A DNA stretch of 64,000 nt from Pseudomonadales bacterium (GTDB taxonomy: Bacteria > Pseudomonadota > Gammaproteobacteria > Pseudomonadales > Azotimanducaceae). The translations under genes were made by a program, and so were the position numbers. Of the stretch, positions 37,239-47,588 are shown piece after piece (the stretch's first letter is position 1; the number at the start of each line of letters is the position of its first letter). The DNA lies in NCBI GenBank assembly GCA_021295855.1, contig JAGWBO010000001.1, positions 11,134 through 75,133 on the forward strand. Reading direction: 5' to 3'. The notes beneath the pieces are model-generated. The model made no database searches. It was not told the origin of the DNA and saw nothing but the letters and a program-made list of their open reading frames with translations.

Positions 37239-38052
37239 TTTCTGGTCTTACCAAGTCGAGCTGTTGGTCCATTATTAAAGCAGGGTCGTTCGCACTGGGT
37301 CTACCAACGACTTTCGCGGGTACTCCGGCAACCGTGACGTGTGGTGGTACATCTTCCAGGACCACACTCCCAGCACCAACTTTTGAGCCTTCGCCCACCG
37401 TGATGTTGCCAATGATTTTGCAGCCTGCACCTAATAGAACGCCGCGGTGAATCTTGGGATGTCGATCTCCTGAGTCCTTGCCTGTACCGCCAAGCGTCAC
37501 CGAATGAAGCATGGATACGTCGTTTTCGATGACCGCGGTTTCGCCCACGACAATCCCAGTCGCGTGATCCAGCATGATGCCGCGACCGATATCAGCGGCA
37601 GGATGAATATCCACGCCCAAACCAATACTGATTTGCCCTTGAAAAAACTGAGCGAGTGTGGTGCGATTGTGTTGCCACAACCAGTGGCTTATTCGATACG
37701 CTTGTAGCGCATGAAATCCTTTGAAAAACAGGAATGGCGTTGTCAGGTCGGAACATGCTGGATCGCGATCAAAGGTTGCCAGTATGTCTGAACATGCGGA
37801 CTCAAGAATGGACTCGTCACTGGTACACGCTTCATCGATCACATCTCGAATCAACATGGTCGGCAGCATCGGATTGTCGAGTTTGCTTGCCAATCTGAAG
37901 CTGAGAGCCTTGCCGAAGCTGTCGTGATTTAGAACCGTCGCATGAAAATAACTACCTAAAATGGGTTCCTCCACGACTTTGGCTTCTGCTTCGCGACGCA
38001 TGCGGCGCCAAATGTCTTCTCTAGTGTCCTGAACGTTCACGCGAAGTGTCAT
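37231..38052 (-). CDS. cysE: serine O-acetyltransferase
   Basis: SATase N-terminal helical domain (DIWRRMRREA...EPILGSYF). Hexapeptide-repeat body GVDIHPAADIGRGIMLDHATGIVVGETAVI. I place the start at the internal Met MTLRVN; the ORF-track start is 38085. Confidence 0.85.
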   Translation of the reverse strand: MTLRVNVQDTREDIWRRMRREAEAKVVEEPILGSYFHATVLNHDSFGKALSFRLASKLDNPMLPTMLIRDVIDEACTSDESILESACSDILATFDRDPACSDLTTPFLFFKGFHALQAYRISHWLWQHNRTTLAQFFQGQISIGLGVDIHPAADIGRGIMLDHATGIVVGETAVIENDVSMLHSVTLGGTGKDSGDRHPKIHRGVLLGAGCKIIGNITVGEGSKVGAGSVVLEDVPPHVTVAGVPAKVVGRPSANDPALIMDQQLDLVRPENA

Positions 38053-38126
38053 GAAAGAATGTCTGCAAATTTTGCACTCTGGCATGTGCCGATGCGTGAG
38101 ATTAGTACATACTCTAGCGTTTTAGT

Positions 38127-39017
38127 TTGACTACTTCAACGTTTTCCCGCGTCGGCATCATCGGTCGACAGGGCAATCCGCTCATTAACGACTCCTTAGA
38201 GGCTGTTCATGCTGCACTTCGACGTGAAAAGTGCGAAGTTCTCGTCGAAGCGGAATCCGCGTCGATGCTACGTGACTACGACATTCATTCCGTTTCACGA
38301 GAAGAAATTCGATCGTGTGATCTGATCGTTGTCGTTGGCGGTGATGGCAGCATCCTAGGTGTCGCACGCGACTTCGCTCAGTCACAGATTCCGGTAGTAG
38401 GCGTAAATCGTGGTAGCTTGGGTTTTCTCGCTGACATTTCGCCGGACGAAATCGAGAAACAGCTACATCGCGTACTCAATGGGGACTGCCGTTTTGAAGA
38501 GCACTTCCTGATACAGCAGACCGTGCATCGCGGGAGCGATATCGCGCACGAGTCTTCCGCACTCAATGATGTCGTCGTAAGCTCGGGCTCGCTATCGAGA
38601 ATGATGGAATTTCGATTGTCGATTGACGATGAATTTGTTTACGAGCAACGGTCGGACGGGCTGTTAGTTTCGAGTCCAACCGGATCTACGGCATATTCGT
38701 TGTCTGCGGGTGGTCCGATCATGCATCCCCGCTTGGACGCGATTGCGATCATTCCGATGTATCCACATACGCTTACGTCTCGACCGATCGTGGTACCTGG
38801 CAACTTCAAGTTACGCATTGAGGTCGGACACGAAACACGTGGAGCGCGTACCAGCTCAGATTCGCAAGTCGATTTTGAATTAGCGCCTGACGATATTGTC
38901 GAAATCAGTAAACACGAACACGTGTTACGGTTGATCCATCTATCGACGCATAGCTTTTACGAGGCTTGCCGAAGCAAGTTGGATTGGGGTTCGAGGCTAG
39001 GCTTACGCACCGATTAG
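38127..39017 (+). CDS. nadK: NAD kinase
   Basis: GGDGSILG motif, NRGSLGFL motif and SSPTGSTAYSLSAGGPI. Confidence 0.85.
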   Translation: MTTSTFSRVGIIGRQGNPLINDSLEAVHAALRREKCEVLVEAESASMLRDYDIHSVSREEIRSCDLIVVVGGDGSILGVARDFAQSQIPVVGVNRGSLGFLADISPDEIEKQLHRVLNGDCRFEEHFLIQQTVHRGSDIAHESSALNDVVVSSGSLSRMMEFRLSIDDEFVYEQRSDGLLVSSPTGSTAYSLSAGGPIMHPRLDAIAIIPMYPHTLTSRPIVVPGNFKLRIEVGHETRGARTSSDSQVDFELAPDDIVEISKHEHVLRLIHLSTHSFYEACRSKLDWGSRLGLRTD

Positions 39018-39580
39018 GTGTGAAGTTGCTGCGGCGTATCCACGTCTCGCACGATTGCCTCGTCAGCTAGTTCAAGAACTATCAATTTGTCTCTGTGGCG
39101 TTGAAGAACTTCCTTCGCCCCTGCATCGCCGCTCAATGACTTTAGTTCGTCCAGGAAATTTGCCGTAAATCCCACCGGGTGTCCTGCTTGGCCTCGGAAG
39201 GAGGGCCGAACGATCGCATCCTTTTGTGACTGAATGCAAGTCGCTATTGCGTCTACCGTTTCAGCGCGTATCCAAGGCATATCGGCTAATCCCACAAGAA
39301 ACCAGCTCATTTGCGCTAATTGAGTCGCAGCAGCAGCCAAGCTGTGACCCATTCCAAGGTATGCGTCCGGTGCTTCTATAACGTCCACTTGAGTTGGTAG
39401 CACCGCTTGCACTGGATCATGGGGTCTGACGACAACATGAACGCTTTGAATGTTGGCGAGATAGGGCTCTAATGCCTTGACGATCATCGGTTGACCGTCG
39501 ATTTCCGCAAGTCGCTTGTCTGCGCCGAACCTGTCTGAACTGCCGGCAGCGAGTATCAGTGCCGCGCCTACCAGCATCAC
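39014..39580 (-). CDS. MobA-like nucleotidyltransferase (molybdenum cofactor cytidylyltransferase MocA-like)
   Basis: LAAGSSDRFGADKRL N-terminal motif, plus GHPVGF and GDAGAKEVL motifs of the NTP_transf_3 family. Immediately downstream of xdhC. Confidence 0.7.
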   Translation of the reverse strand: MMLVGAALILAAGSSDRFGADKRLAEIDGQPMIVKALEPYLANIQSVHVVVRPHDPVQAVLPTQVDVIEAPDAYLGMGHSLAAAATQLAQMSWFLVGLADMPWIRAETVDAIATCIQSQKDAIVRPSFRGQAGHPVGFTANFLDELKSLSGDAGAKEVLQRHRDKLIVLELADEAIVRDVDTPQQLHT

Positions 39581-39592
39581 GGTTTGCTTGCG

Positions 39593-40603
39593 CTAAATTG
39601 CGGCGGCGAGAGCTTGCTCGGCGTGTGAATGGGACGCGTTCTTAGCTAGTTTCGCTCGCTCAGCGATCACTTCCGCAAGAATTGAAACTGCGATCTCGGG
39701 TGGAGTCTTGCTGCCGATCTGAACGCCGATGGGTGCATGCAGCCGCGATAGAGCAGACTCATTAACGTCTAATGCGAGCAGGCGTTCGCGTCGTTTCTCG
39801 GAAGTCCGCGAAGATCCCATCGCACCGATGTAGTAAGCATCCGTTTCGAATGCCTCGATGAGACCCATATCGTCTATCCGGGGGTCATGAGTGAGTGCGA
39901 TGATGGCCGTTTGTGCATCGTTCGCTCGCTCTCGAATCACGTCATCAGGGAAGTCGCAGATCTTCTCAATACCCGCGACGTCTAGTTCATCGAGCATCTC
40001 TTGCCGAGGATCGCAGACTGTAACTTGATACTCGAGCATGATCGCAAGTTCAGAGACATACTGTGTAACCATGCTTGCACCAATGACGAATAGTTGGTGA
40101 CTAGGTCCATGTACTTGGCGCAGTACACGCGAATCGTAGTCGTACGAAAAAGGCACGAAGGTGTCCGTTTCCTGAATGCGACGTTGTGAAGTCTCGACGT
40201 TTAAAACACGTTGGATCAACTTCCTTTGCTGCAATCTAGAAGTGAGCAATTCGAAGTCTTGAATGGCCTGTTTATCGCTCTGAAGCGGTTCGATGACGAT
40301 GTCAAGGTGACCGCCACAGGGGAGACCAAGCTGTTCCGCCTCCTCGTCGGATGCCCCATACCGAAAGAACTGTGGATGCGACTCGGCGAGGATACCGTTT
40401 TTGAGTTTTTCGACCAGATCTTCTTCAACGCAGCCACCAGACAACGATCCAACGATGTGACCGTCTTCACTGCAGACCATCATTGATCCTTCTGGCCGCG
40501 GCGATGAGCCGTAGGTCGCTACGACGGTTGACAACCAGCATTTGCCTCCAGAACGGAGCCAATCGTAGGTTTGCCCGATGACTTGGTGGTTGGCTGCTTT
40601 CAT
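39593..40603 (-). CDS. XdhC/CoxI family molybdoenzyme maturation protein
   Basis: N-terminal XdhC_CoxI pattern (VVATYGSSPRPEGSMMV...GSLSGGCVE) and a C-terminal Rossmann-like domain (LFVIGAS). I place the start at the internal Met MKAANHQ; the ORF-track start at 40717 overlaps batD. Confidence 0.75.
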   Translation of the reverse strand: MKAANHQVIGQTYDWLRSGGKCWLSTVVATYGSSPRPEGSMMVCSEDGHIVGSLSGGCVEEDLVEKLKNGILAESHPQFFRYGASDEEAEQLGLPCGGHLDIVIEPLQSDKQAIQDFELLTSRLQQRKLIQRVLNVETSQRRIQETDTFVPFSYDYDSRVLRQVHGPSHQLFVIGASMVTQYVSELAIMLEYQVTVCDPRQEMLDELDVAGIEKICDFPDDVIRERANDAQTAIIALTHDPRIDDMGLIEAFETDAYYIGAMGSSRTSEKRRERLLALDVNESALSRLHAPIGVQIGSKTPPEIAVSILAEVIAERAKLAKNASHSHAEQALAAAI

Positions 40604-40668
40604 CGTAGAAGGATTCGCAATGATTAATTGATTATAAAAAGGGCGATGGCGAATACGTTGTGCGAGAA

Positions 40669-42345
40669 TTAACTCAGAACCGCCTGAAGATCGAATTGTT
40701 GAGGACCTGATTCGCAATTATCCGCAATAGAATCAATAACTTGTTGAATAGAGTTAAAGTCAAACTCAAGCTCGCCAATCGCACCACCGTAGACCAACTT
40801 GTCTAATTTGGTCAGTATTCCGCGTCCTTCCGAAGATGCGAGAAATAATCGCCTCGCAGTTACCAGATCGGAATCGAAATGGTGTGCGACTGTGTGCAAT
40901 ATCGCATGCCGTAGTGTACTAGCATCACCGTGTCTAAACGCATTTCGGATTCGCCCAAAGTCGACACCAGACGACTCTCCTCTTAGTCCAAAGCGGGGAA
41001 TGCGCCGCTTGTTTTTGAGGTATATCAACGCAAGTGCAAGGGTCCATCCAACAATGGCAACGATGGACATGAGATAGAACCACAGATTCGGACCATCAGC
41101 ACTTGGCGACAACTCATTTGGTTGTTGAGCCGAACTCTGGTCGTAGTCCTGCGGCGAGCGCGTGACATTCGGGTTAGCTGCGGGATCCGGCACATTGAAC
41201 GATGCGGCTGGTAACGTGGTGACCTTGAGTTCCTTGGCTTCGGTATCCCACCACGTTAATCGATATTCAGGCAATGAGACGAAGCCTGGTTCAACCGGTA
41301 CTAGGTTGAATGAGCGCGATTGTGTCCCCCAAACTCTATCGCCGTCTAGGATCGAGTCGACCACCGCTTGTTCTGGGTAGACGCGAAGGCCCTCGATTGA
41401 CTCAAGTTCCAAGGGCAGCAACGCGGACTGGTAGCTATCACGAGCGCGTACTGTGATAGAACGGGTTAAGGCATCTCCTAGGTTGAGCGTCTCCGTGTCT
41501 GCCGGTTCAAACGACTGCGTAAGTTCAATTTTTGACGCAGGAAACCAAGGTTTGTCCTGTGGGAAATCGTCGGGAATCGGAAGAATGGAGATGAGCTTCT
41601 CTTCTGCGAAGATCGTCCTGATCTGGGGACGGAATTGATTGCCGTAGATTGCCACGCGAGCGTTTTCGCCTGGTACCTTCAGCGCACCGCTCTTTTCGGC
41701 GAATACGACATAGCGCCACTGCATCACGTAATACTGAACACCATCGCGAGTTTCACGCAATGTCTCTCGACTTCCAATCGGCAGTACGGTTGCATCGGCG
41801 ATTTCTAGCTGCTTGTCTTGCGGCATCGATGGAATGCGGGCTTCAGCGGTGTAGAGCATGCGACGCGTCACGTAAATCGCGGCTTGAGGGTATTGTTTGT
41901 CGTGAGAAATAATCGTCTCGAAAAACGCAGTCTTGGAGATGAAATCTCTTTCACTGGCGGAGATTGGATTGACGCGTAATCGCAGAGCATTGGTTCGAGA
42001 TGAACCCACGACGATTGGTGGAATATCGATCATTCCAGTGCGTTTCGGCATCAGCTCAAGTCGCCAGTTCTTCGTGCTTTCCATTCGACGATTGACGATG
42101 CGAATGTTCGACTCAGTTGAGACTTGTGATATCTCGAAATCTCGTTCAAGCGCGCTGAAGTCTGGATCGATGGTGTTTCGATTTCGATCGGTTACGGTGA
42201 GCGTGACTGACTCAAACTCCGACACGACATCTGCACTAAGTGTGGCAGTTGCCTGTCCATGCGCGTTCGCCGTGCAGAGTACTAAGAGTATCGCGACGCC
42301 GGCGTAAGCGCTAAAAGGCGCAAATCTTTTTATTGACCTCACCAT
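40669..42345 (-). CDS. batD: BatD-like protein (aerotolerance operon component)
   Basis: Signal peptide, a long beta-rich ectodomain, and a late TM segment (LWFYLMSIVAIVGWTLALALIYL). It occupies the last position of the MoxR/VWA operon. Confidence 0.7.
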   Translation of the reverse strand: MVRSIKRFAPFSAYAGVAILLVLCTANAHGQATATLSADVVSEFESVTLTVTDRNRNTIDPDFSALERDFEISQVSTESNIRIVNRRMESTKNWRLELMPKRTGMIDIPPIVVGSSRTNALRLRVNPISASERDFISKTAFFETIISHDKQYPQAAIYVTRRMLYTAEARIPSMPQDKQLEIADATVLPIGSRETLRETRDGVQYYVMQWRYVVFAEKSGALKVPGENARVAIYGNQFRPQIRTIFAEEKLISILPIPDDFPQDKPWFPASKIELTQSFEPADTETLNLGDALTRSITVRARDSYQSALLPLELESIEGLRVYPEQAVVDSILDGDRVWGTQSRSFNLVPVEPGFVSLPEYRLTWWDTEAKELKVTTLPAASFNVPDPAANPNVTRSPQDYDQSSAQQPNELSPSADGPNLWFYLMSIVAIVGWTLALALIYLKNKRRIPRFGLRGESSGVDFGRIRNAFRHGDASTLRHAILHTVAHHFDSDLVTARRLFLASSEGRGILTKLDKLVYGGAIGELEFDFNSIQQVIDSIADNCESGPQQFDLQAVLS

Positions 42346-44111
42346 GCCGGTCCAACGTCCTCTTGACTCAGTTCGCCGCGTTCGACTCGCGCGTTCGATT
42401 CGGCTTCGAATTTGCGACGCAATAAGCCGCTAGGATCATCGGGGATTCGACGTAGCCATCGTTCATGGATTTCGCGCAACTCACGTTCCTCGCTTGACTC
42501 TGCTACGTCCGCGGGTGATAGACCGTCCGATTGATCGTCGGACTCACTTTGTTCTTGAGCTTGTGCTTCAGCGGCTTCTGAGCGCTCAGTCTCTTGTTCT
42601 TGACTTTGACGAGATTCAGCTTCGTTAGCCTGCGCGAATTCGTCTTCTTGACCGCCTTCGTCCTGCGTCTGCGGATCCTCGGTGGTACTTGCCTGATTGT
42701 CTTGGGATTGCATCTGCGAGTCTGTACGCTCGCTCCCTTGTTGTTTTGACTCCTGTGGCTGCTGATCCTGACTTTGGTCAGATCCATTTTCTTGTTGTTG
42801 TTCCATGCCTTTAAGGAGCGCTTCGATAACGGCTTTATTGTGTCTCGCGTCTTCGTGTTCTGGATTCTGTTGGAGAACGGCTTCGTATGCCTGCAGAGCA
42901 TCGCTGAACCGACCTTCCCAAGCCAGTGCATTGCCTTGGTTATAAGTAGACTCAAGCGAAGGATTGTCCGAAAACAACTCGCCAGCTTCTGCGTAGTCGC
43001 CATTTCGATATTTCGCCACCCCGCGCCACTGTGGGTCAGTGAAGAGTTCAGCTGCAACGTCGAAGTTACCGTCATCGTGAGCCTCTAACGCTTGCCGATC
43101 CCTAGGTACCCACAAATCTTGGAGCCAACCGGCTTCGGCGTGAACGCTGACTACGAGTAATACCGCTACGAGACCGCCGCGACGCATCGATAACGCGAGT
43201 AGTAGTGCGAGTGGCAAGACAAGGTAATAACCTAGATCATGCCAAACATCAAACGTCTGATTCTCGAGTAATTCGGTCGTGGTGACGGTTGATTCCGCCA
43301 AAATAAATTCAATGTCATTGTCAGTTGTTGTAATCGTCCTATATCGACCACCGGACACCATGGCGAAGTCACGAAGTAGCTCTTCATCAAGCACGACCCC
43401 CCGATTAGTTGAATCCAGCGCTTGCGTGGAACCAATGCCGAGGATCGAAATCGGATATCGACTGTCGGCAGTATCTCGTAAATCACCGAAGTTCGTAATA
43501 CCGTCGGTTAACAAGATGATTCGACCGCGCTCTTGGCCCAATGAAATGAAAAGGTCATTTGCTAGTTTGATCGCGGCAGCAACATTGCTTCCTCGTACCG
43601 GCATCATCTCCGGATCGAGAGAAGGCAGCAAATTTAGGATATTGCTTTTGTCGCTCGTCAGCGGCGTGACCACATATGCGTCTCCAGCGAATACCACAAG
43701 CGCTGACAATCCCTCGTCACGATGGGCGAGAATGTCACTTACCTTGAACTTGGCTCGCTCGATCCTACTTGGTTGAAGATCGGTCGATGCCATGCTCAAC
43801 GTTAGGTCAAGTACGATGACGATCGGGTCGTTTTTCGTCTCGACGGGTTGTGGTAACCGTTCGTACGTAGGACCCGCTAAGGCAAACGCGGCACAGATTA
43901 CAACGAGTGGGGGGAGAGCCATCGCAATACGCACTCGACTCGAGGATTTTGCCTCAATTAAGGCGTCGAATAGCGTATCTGAAATGACCTTGTGCCAGTT
44001 ATTTGCTCGAAATGCGACGCGAATTTGTGCCCACACCAATAGCGGCACGACAAGCAATAGAAGCAACCACCACGGCCGGATGAAGTGAAACTCCGTAATG
44101 GTCTCAAACAT
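42339..44111 (-). CDS. VWA domain protein fused to TPR region (BatB-BatC-like fusion) with acidic Q/E/D/S-rich tail
   Basis: N-terminal TM segments. VWA MIDAS context IVIVLDLTLSMAS. A second TM, then TPR repeats (YNQGNALAWEGRFSDALQAYEAVLQQNPEH), then a low-complexity acidic stretch. Confidence 0.7.
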   Translation of the reverse strand: MFETITEFHFIRPWWLLLLLVVPLLVWAQIRVAFRANNWHKVISDTLFDALIEAKSSSRVRIAMALPPLVVICAAFALAGPTYERLPQPVETKNDPIVIVLDLTLSMASTDLQPSRIERAKFKVSDILAHRDEGLSALVVFAGDAYVVTPLTSDKSNILNLLPSLDPEMMPVRGSNVAAAIKLANDLFISLGQERGRIILLTDGITNFGDLRDTADSRYPISILGIGSTQALDSTNRGVVLDEELLRDFAMVSGGRYRTITTTDNDIEFILAESTVTTTELLENQTFDVWHDLGYYLVLPLALLLALSMRRGGLVAVLLVVSVHAEAGWLQDLWVPRDRQALEAHDDGNFDVAAELFTDPQWRGVAKYRNGDYAEAGELFSDNPSLESTYNQGNALAWEGRFSDALQAYEAVLQQNPEHEDARHNKAVIEALLKGMEQQQENGSDQSQDQQPQESKQQGSERTDSQMQSQDNQASTTEDPQTQDEGGQEDEFAQANEAESRQSQEQETERSEAAEAQAQEQSESDDQSDGLSPADVAESSEERELREIHERWLRRIPDDPSGLLRRKFEAESNARVERGELSQEDVGPAW

Positions 44112-45087
44112 AGCGTCTTGTGTAAAGCAGCCAAGTCAGTGCAAACAAGGCTAAGGCGAGTGCAAGAGGGTAGTGGTAGAGCGAGCGCATAGGACGTACG
44201 GTCTGGCCTTCGTTTTCGATTGGCTCGAGTGCGTCAATCTCCTCATAGGTGGCTTGTAATGCATTTAAATCGTCAGCTTTGTAGTACCTTCCGCCTGTCT
44301 TCTCAGCGATCTCCATCAGAAGCTCTTCGTCGACAGCTTCGGATTGACGTTGGAATGCTGAAAAAAAGCCTAGACCCCCAGGTGGAGGAACGACACCGAT
44401 GGTGTAAATCGTGACATCAGACGCGATTGCAAGTTCTGTTGCGTCCGACGGACCGAGCTCGCCGAAATTGTTGACGCCATCGGTCATAAGCACTACAACT
44501 CGATGGTCCGCTGGATGGTTCAGGATTTGCTTAATCGCCAAACCTAAAGAATCGCCGATCGCAGTCGAACGTCCAGCGATACCGATAGGCGCATCCTCTA
44601 GCATTCGACTTGCGGTAACTACGTCGGGGGTTAACGGAACGTAGACGTAAGGGAGACTGCCGAATAGCACGATTCCGATTCGATCACCGTCGCGTTTTTC
44701 AACGAAATCTTGTACAGCGTGCTTCACGACTGCGAGGCGCGTGTATTGTCGCCCATTGACAGTCATATCTGCTTGCCCCATGCTGCCGGAAATATCAATG
44801 GCAAGCACTAGATCGCGGCTGAGAGTAGGTAGTACTGTGGGTTCTCCGGTCCATTGCGGTCTCGCAAGCGCTGTCGCTAATGACAACCAGGCTAAGCAAA
44901 CAATGATGAATAGCACGACGGAGCGCTGACTTGAACCGCCGCCCATTTCTTGTTGTACAAATGTGAAAGCTTCGACTTGCGGAACATTCAGCGCGGCTTC
45001 ATTTGCCGCGCGAGGCGGTATCAGAAATCGGATTAGAAGAGGCAGCGCGAGAATCCCAAATGCCCATGGCCAGATCAGTTCGATCAT
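44104..45087 (-). CDS. batA: VWA domain-containing protein (BatA-like)
   Basis: MIELIWPWAFGILALPLLI start. MIDAS DLVLAIDISGSM. C-terminal TM. ATGA overlap with the upstream DUF4381 gene. The ORF-track start is 45126. Confidence 0.75.
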   Translation of the reverse strand: MIELIWPWAFGILALPLLIRFLIPPRAANEAALNVPQVEAFTFVQQEMGGGSSQRSVVLFIIVCLAWLSLATALARPQWTGEPTVLPTLSRDLVLAIDISGSMGQADMTVNGRQYTRLAVVKHAVQDFVEKRDGDRIGIVLFGSLPYVYVPLTPDVVTASRMLEDAPIGIAGRSTAIGDSLGLAIKQILNHPADHRVVVLMTDGVNNFGELGPSDATELAIASDVTIYTIGVVPPPGGLGFFSAFQRQSEAVDEELLMEIAEKTGGRYYKADDLNALQATYEEIDALEPIENEGQTVRPMRSLYHYPLALALALFALTWLLYTRRYV

Positions 45088-45590
45088 GCTGTGAGTGCCT
45101 TCCGAGACGGTGAGCGCACCACACAAAGGCTTCCAGCTACGAGTTCGTCAAGTCGCTTATCGAAGAAGGACGTAGGTCGATACCGAACGGTACCTAAGCA
45201 CTTCCCAGCACCAGTGATGAACGCGTCATCGGCAAATCGATCGGCAAGCATGTTTAGCCAGGGCAAACCATCAGCTTGCACGGCCCCGGGGACCGACTCG
45301 ACATCAATCAAGAGGTGTTTATAGAGCCGATTGACTGCTGAGACAAACTCGTATTCGGAAAGTTGATCTTGATGGTATAAGTCCTGAAGTTGACTTGACG
45401 TCTTGCGTATCTCACGATAAGGGCGGTCAATCTTGTTCCGACGGTGCCACCACCAGATCAAACACACGATCATCGCGATCACACATAGCGCAAGGAACCA
45501 CCAACCAAGAGGAAGCGGCCAGAACGGCGGTAATGCGGGTTCGTGGATGTCACGTAGTTGCGCGAGTGCTTGCGCGATTTGCTCATTCAT
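45084..45590 (-). CDS. DUF4381 domain-containing protein
   Basis: LRDIHEPALPPFWPLPLGWWFLALCVIAMIV is the typical DUF4381 opening. Position lies between the DUF58 gene and batA. Confidence 0.7.
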   Translation of the reverse strand: MNEQIAQALAQLRDIHEPALPPFWPLPLGWWFLALCVIAMIVCLIWWWHRRNKIDRPYREIRKTSSQLQDLYHQDQLSEYEFVSAVNRLYKHLLIDVESVPGAVQADGLPWLNMLADRFADDAFITGAGKCLGTVRYRPTSFFDKRLDELVAGSLCVVRSPSRKALTA

Positions 45591-46485
45591 CTAAGACCAC
45601 CGGCACTACGTCATCAGTGGTTGAGAGAGAGGTAAAGCGGATACCTCGAGCTCGGCAAGCGTCGGCAAGGCGGGCTCGATGTGCATCAAAACGCTCTGCG
45701 TAGTTCCGCTGGTTTCGCATATTGCCGCTTGAAAAGGTAATCCTGCGCAAGCCGTCGGTTACCGCGTAGGCGCCGCTTGGGGGTAGGTTCTGTTCCAATG
45801 GATCGTAGACGTGTATGAGCGAGAGCTCGTTGTGATTTTGAAGTACAAGGAGTTGACGTAGATCGTTTTCATCGATCCCTTCAAAATCTGAAATGAATAC
45901 GATGCGGTGGCCAACGGGCGTAGCCCGTCGAAGGTTCATTAATACCTTATGCCATGTTGGTTCATCCAAACCGCTCTGGGATGAGGCACTAAGCTCATTG
46001 TTTGCGTCAGAAATGGCGTGAAGCAGTCGAACAACGTTGAGTTTGCTACGAATGGGCTTCAGAATACCCACGGAGTTAGCCGCGATCACTACTCCACCGA
46101 CGCGGTCTCGCGCGTTCAGAGTTTGCCACGCAATCCGCGCTGCGATTTCAGCCGCGGCGACGCTCTTCAATCGAATCTGACTACCAAAAAACATGGATCG
46201 ACGTTGGTCGATGACGATCACAGTCGGCCGTTCTCGTTCTTCGCGAAAGATCTTTGTATGTGGTTTTTGTTTGCGCGCAGTGACTTTCCAATCGATATTC
46301 CGTACATCGTCACCTGCTTGATAGAGACGCACTTCGTCAAGATCAATGCCTCGACCGCGCATACGGGACGCGAGAGTTCCTGAGTGTCCACCCGTCGCGC
46401 GACGCTTACGACGTTTAGCGGTTGGCGCGGTTGCCAACCCGATTAAATCTGGGGCTGAGACATATACGCCGGTTAGCGACGACAT
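45583..46485 (-). CDS. DUF58 domain-containing protein
   Basis: YQAGDDVRNIDWKVTAR motif. Follows moxR. Confidence 0.8.
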   Translation of the reverse strand: MSSLTGVYVSAPDLIGLATAPTAKRRKRRATGGHSGTLASRMRGRGIDLDEVRLYQAGDDVRNIDWKVTARKQKPHTKIFREERERPTVIVIDQRRSMFFGSQIRLKSVAAAEIAARIAWQTLNARDRVGGVVIAANSVGILKPIRSKLNVVRLLHAISDANNELSASSQSGLDEPTWHKVLMNLRRATPVGHRIVFISDFEGIDENDLRQLLVLQNHNELSLIHVYDPLEQNLPPSGAYAVTDGLRRITFSSGNMRNQRNYAERFDAHRARLADACRARGIRFTSLSTTDDVVPVVLDE

Positions 46486-46494
46486 CTGAACGCT

Positions 46495-47478
46495 CTAGGT
46501 TAGCGGCACCTGCTCGACCATCGAGTCGATGACATCATCAGTCGTCGTACCTTGAGCTTCCGCCTCGAAGGAGAGAATCAGTCGATGACGGAGGACGTCA
46601 TGGATGATCTCCAGCACGTCTTCGGGTACGACATAGTCACGACCAGCAAGCCAGGCGATGGTGCGAGAACATTGGTCCAGTGCGATGGTTGCTCTTGGAC
46701 TCGCTGCGTATTCGACACCTTCGAGCCCGGACCTGGAGTGAGCGATCAGGTCGATGATGTACTTCTCTACGGGCTCGGCCATATGTAGTTGACCCAACTC
46801 GTCACGAATTCCAAGGATTTCGTTTTCGCTAAGTTCGATAGGAGACGGCTGATCGACATTACCGAATTCTTCGCGCGCCAAGTTCAAAATGGCTCGTTCT
46901 TGATTCGCTAGCGGGTAGTCGATCAGAACGTGCATGAGAAAGCGATCTAGTTGCGCCTCTGGAAGCGGGTACGTTCCTTCCTGCTCAATTGGGTTCTGTG
47001 TCGCCATAACAAGAAACAATCTTGGCAAGTTGAATGTTTCGCGACCCACGGTTACTTGCCGTTCAGCCATCGCTTCGAGGAGTGCCGATTGCACCTTCGC
47101 AGGCGCTCGATTCACTTCATCAGCAAGGACAAGATTGTGGAAGATGGGACCGTGCTGAAAGTGGAAACTACCTGTTTCAGGTCGATAGATCTCAGTACCT
47201 GTAACGTCGCTGGGAAGTAGATCCGGCGTGAATTGAATGCGATGAAAATCACCTTCAATACACCGTGACAGTTCTTTTATCGCGCGAGTCTTGGCAAGAC
47301 CGGGAGCACCTTCGACAAGCAAGTGACCACCGCAGATGAGAGCGATCGTTAATTTCTTTGTTAATGCCTCCTGACCTACGATGCGTTGGTTCAGCCAATC
47401 GAGGGCTTGGTGGACCTTTTCGTAGGTTGCTCCGGTCTCCATGGACCCGATACCGAGGGGTTCGTTTTGCGTTACCAA
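46495..47478 (-). CDS. moxR: MoxR family AAA+ ATPase
   Basis: GHLLVEGAPGLAKT Walker A, LLADEVNRAPAK Walker B, and FLVMATQNPIEQEGTYPLPEAQLDRF. Confidence 0.9.
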   Translation of the reverse strand: MVTQNEPLGIGSMETGATYEKVHQALDWLNQRIVGQEALTKKLTIALICGGHLLVEGAPGLAKTRAIKELSRCIEGDFHRIQFTPDLLPSDVTGTEIYRPETGSFHFQHGPIFHNLVLADEVNRAPAKVQSALLEAMAERQVTVGRETFNLPRLFLVMATQNPIEQEGTYPLPEAQLDRFLMHVLIDYPLANQERAILNLAREEFGNVDQPSPIELSENEILGIRDELGQLHMAEPVEKYIIDLIAHSRSGLEGVEYAASPRATIALDQCSRTIAWLAGRDYVVPEDVLEIIHDVLRHRLILSFEAEAQGTTTDDVIDSMVEQVPLT

Positions 47479-47588
47479 TCTAGTCCTTTTTTGCTTAATA
47501 ATGGCGCGAAACGATTCAGGCGAGCTGGTGGCGCTAGAAAATATGCGAAGTTCAATTATTGTCTATGACAAAAGTGACGTAAATTAGT

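Noticed and set aside
42503-43075. 190-aa alternative-frame ORF on the same strand, inside the BatB/C gene
   Set aside because: It falls in the low-complexity acidic/Q-rich coding stretch, where repetitive codons keep off-frames open. The translation is a K/R/T/N-rich mirror of that repeat.
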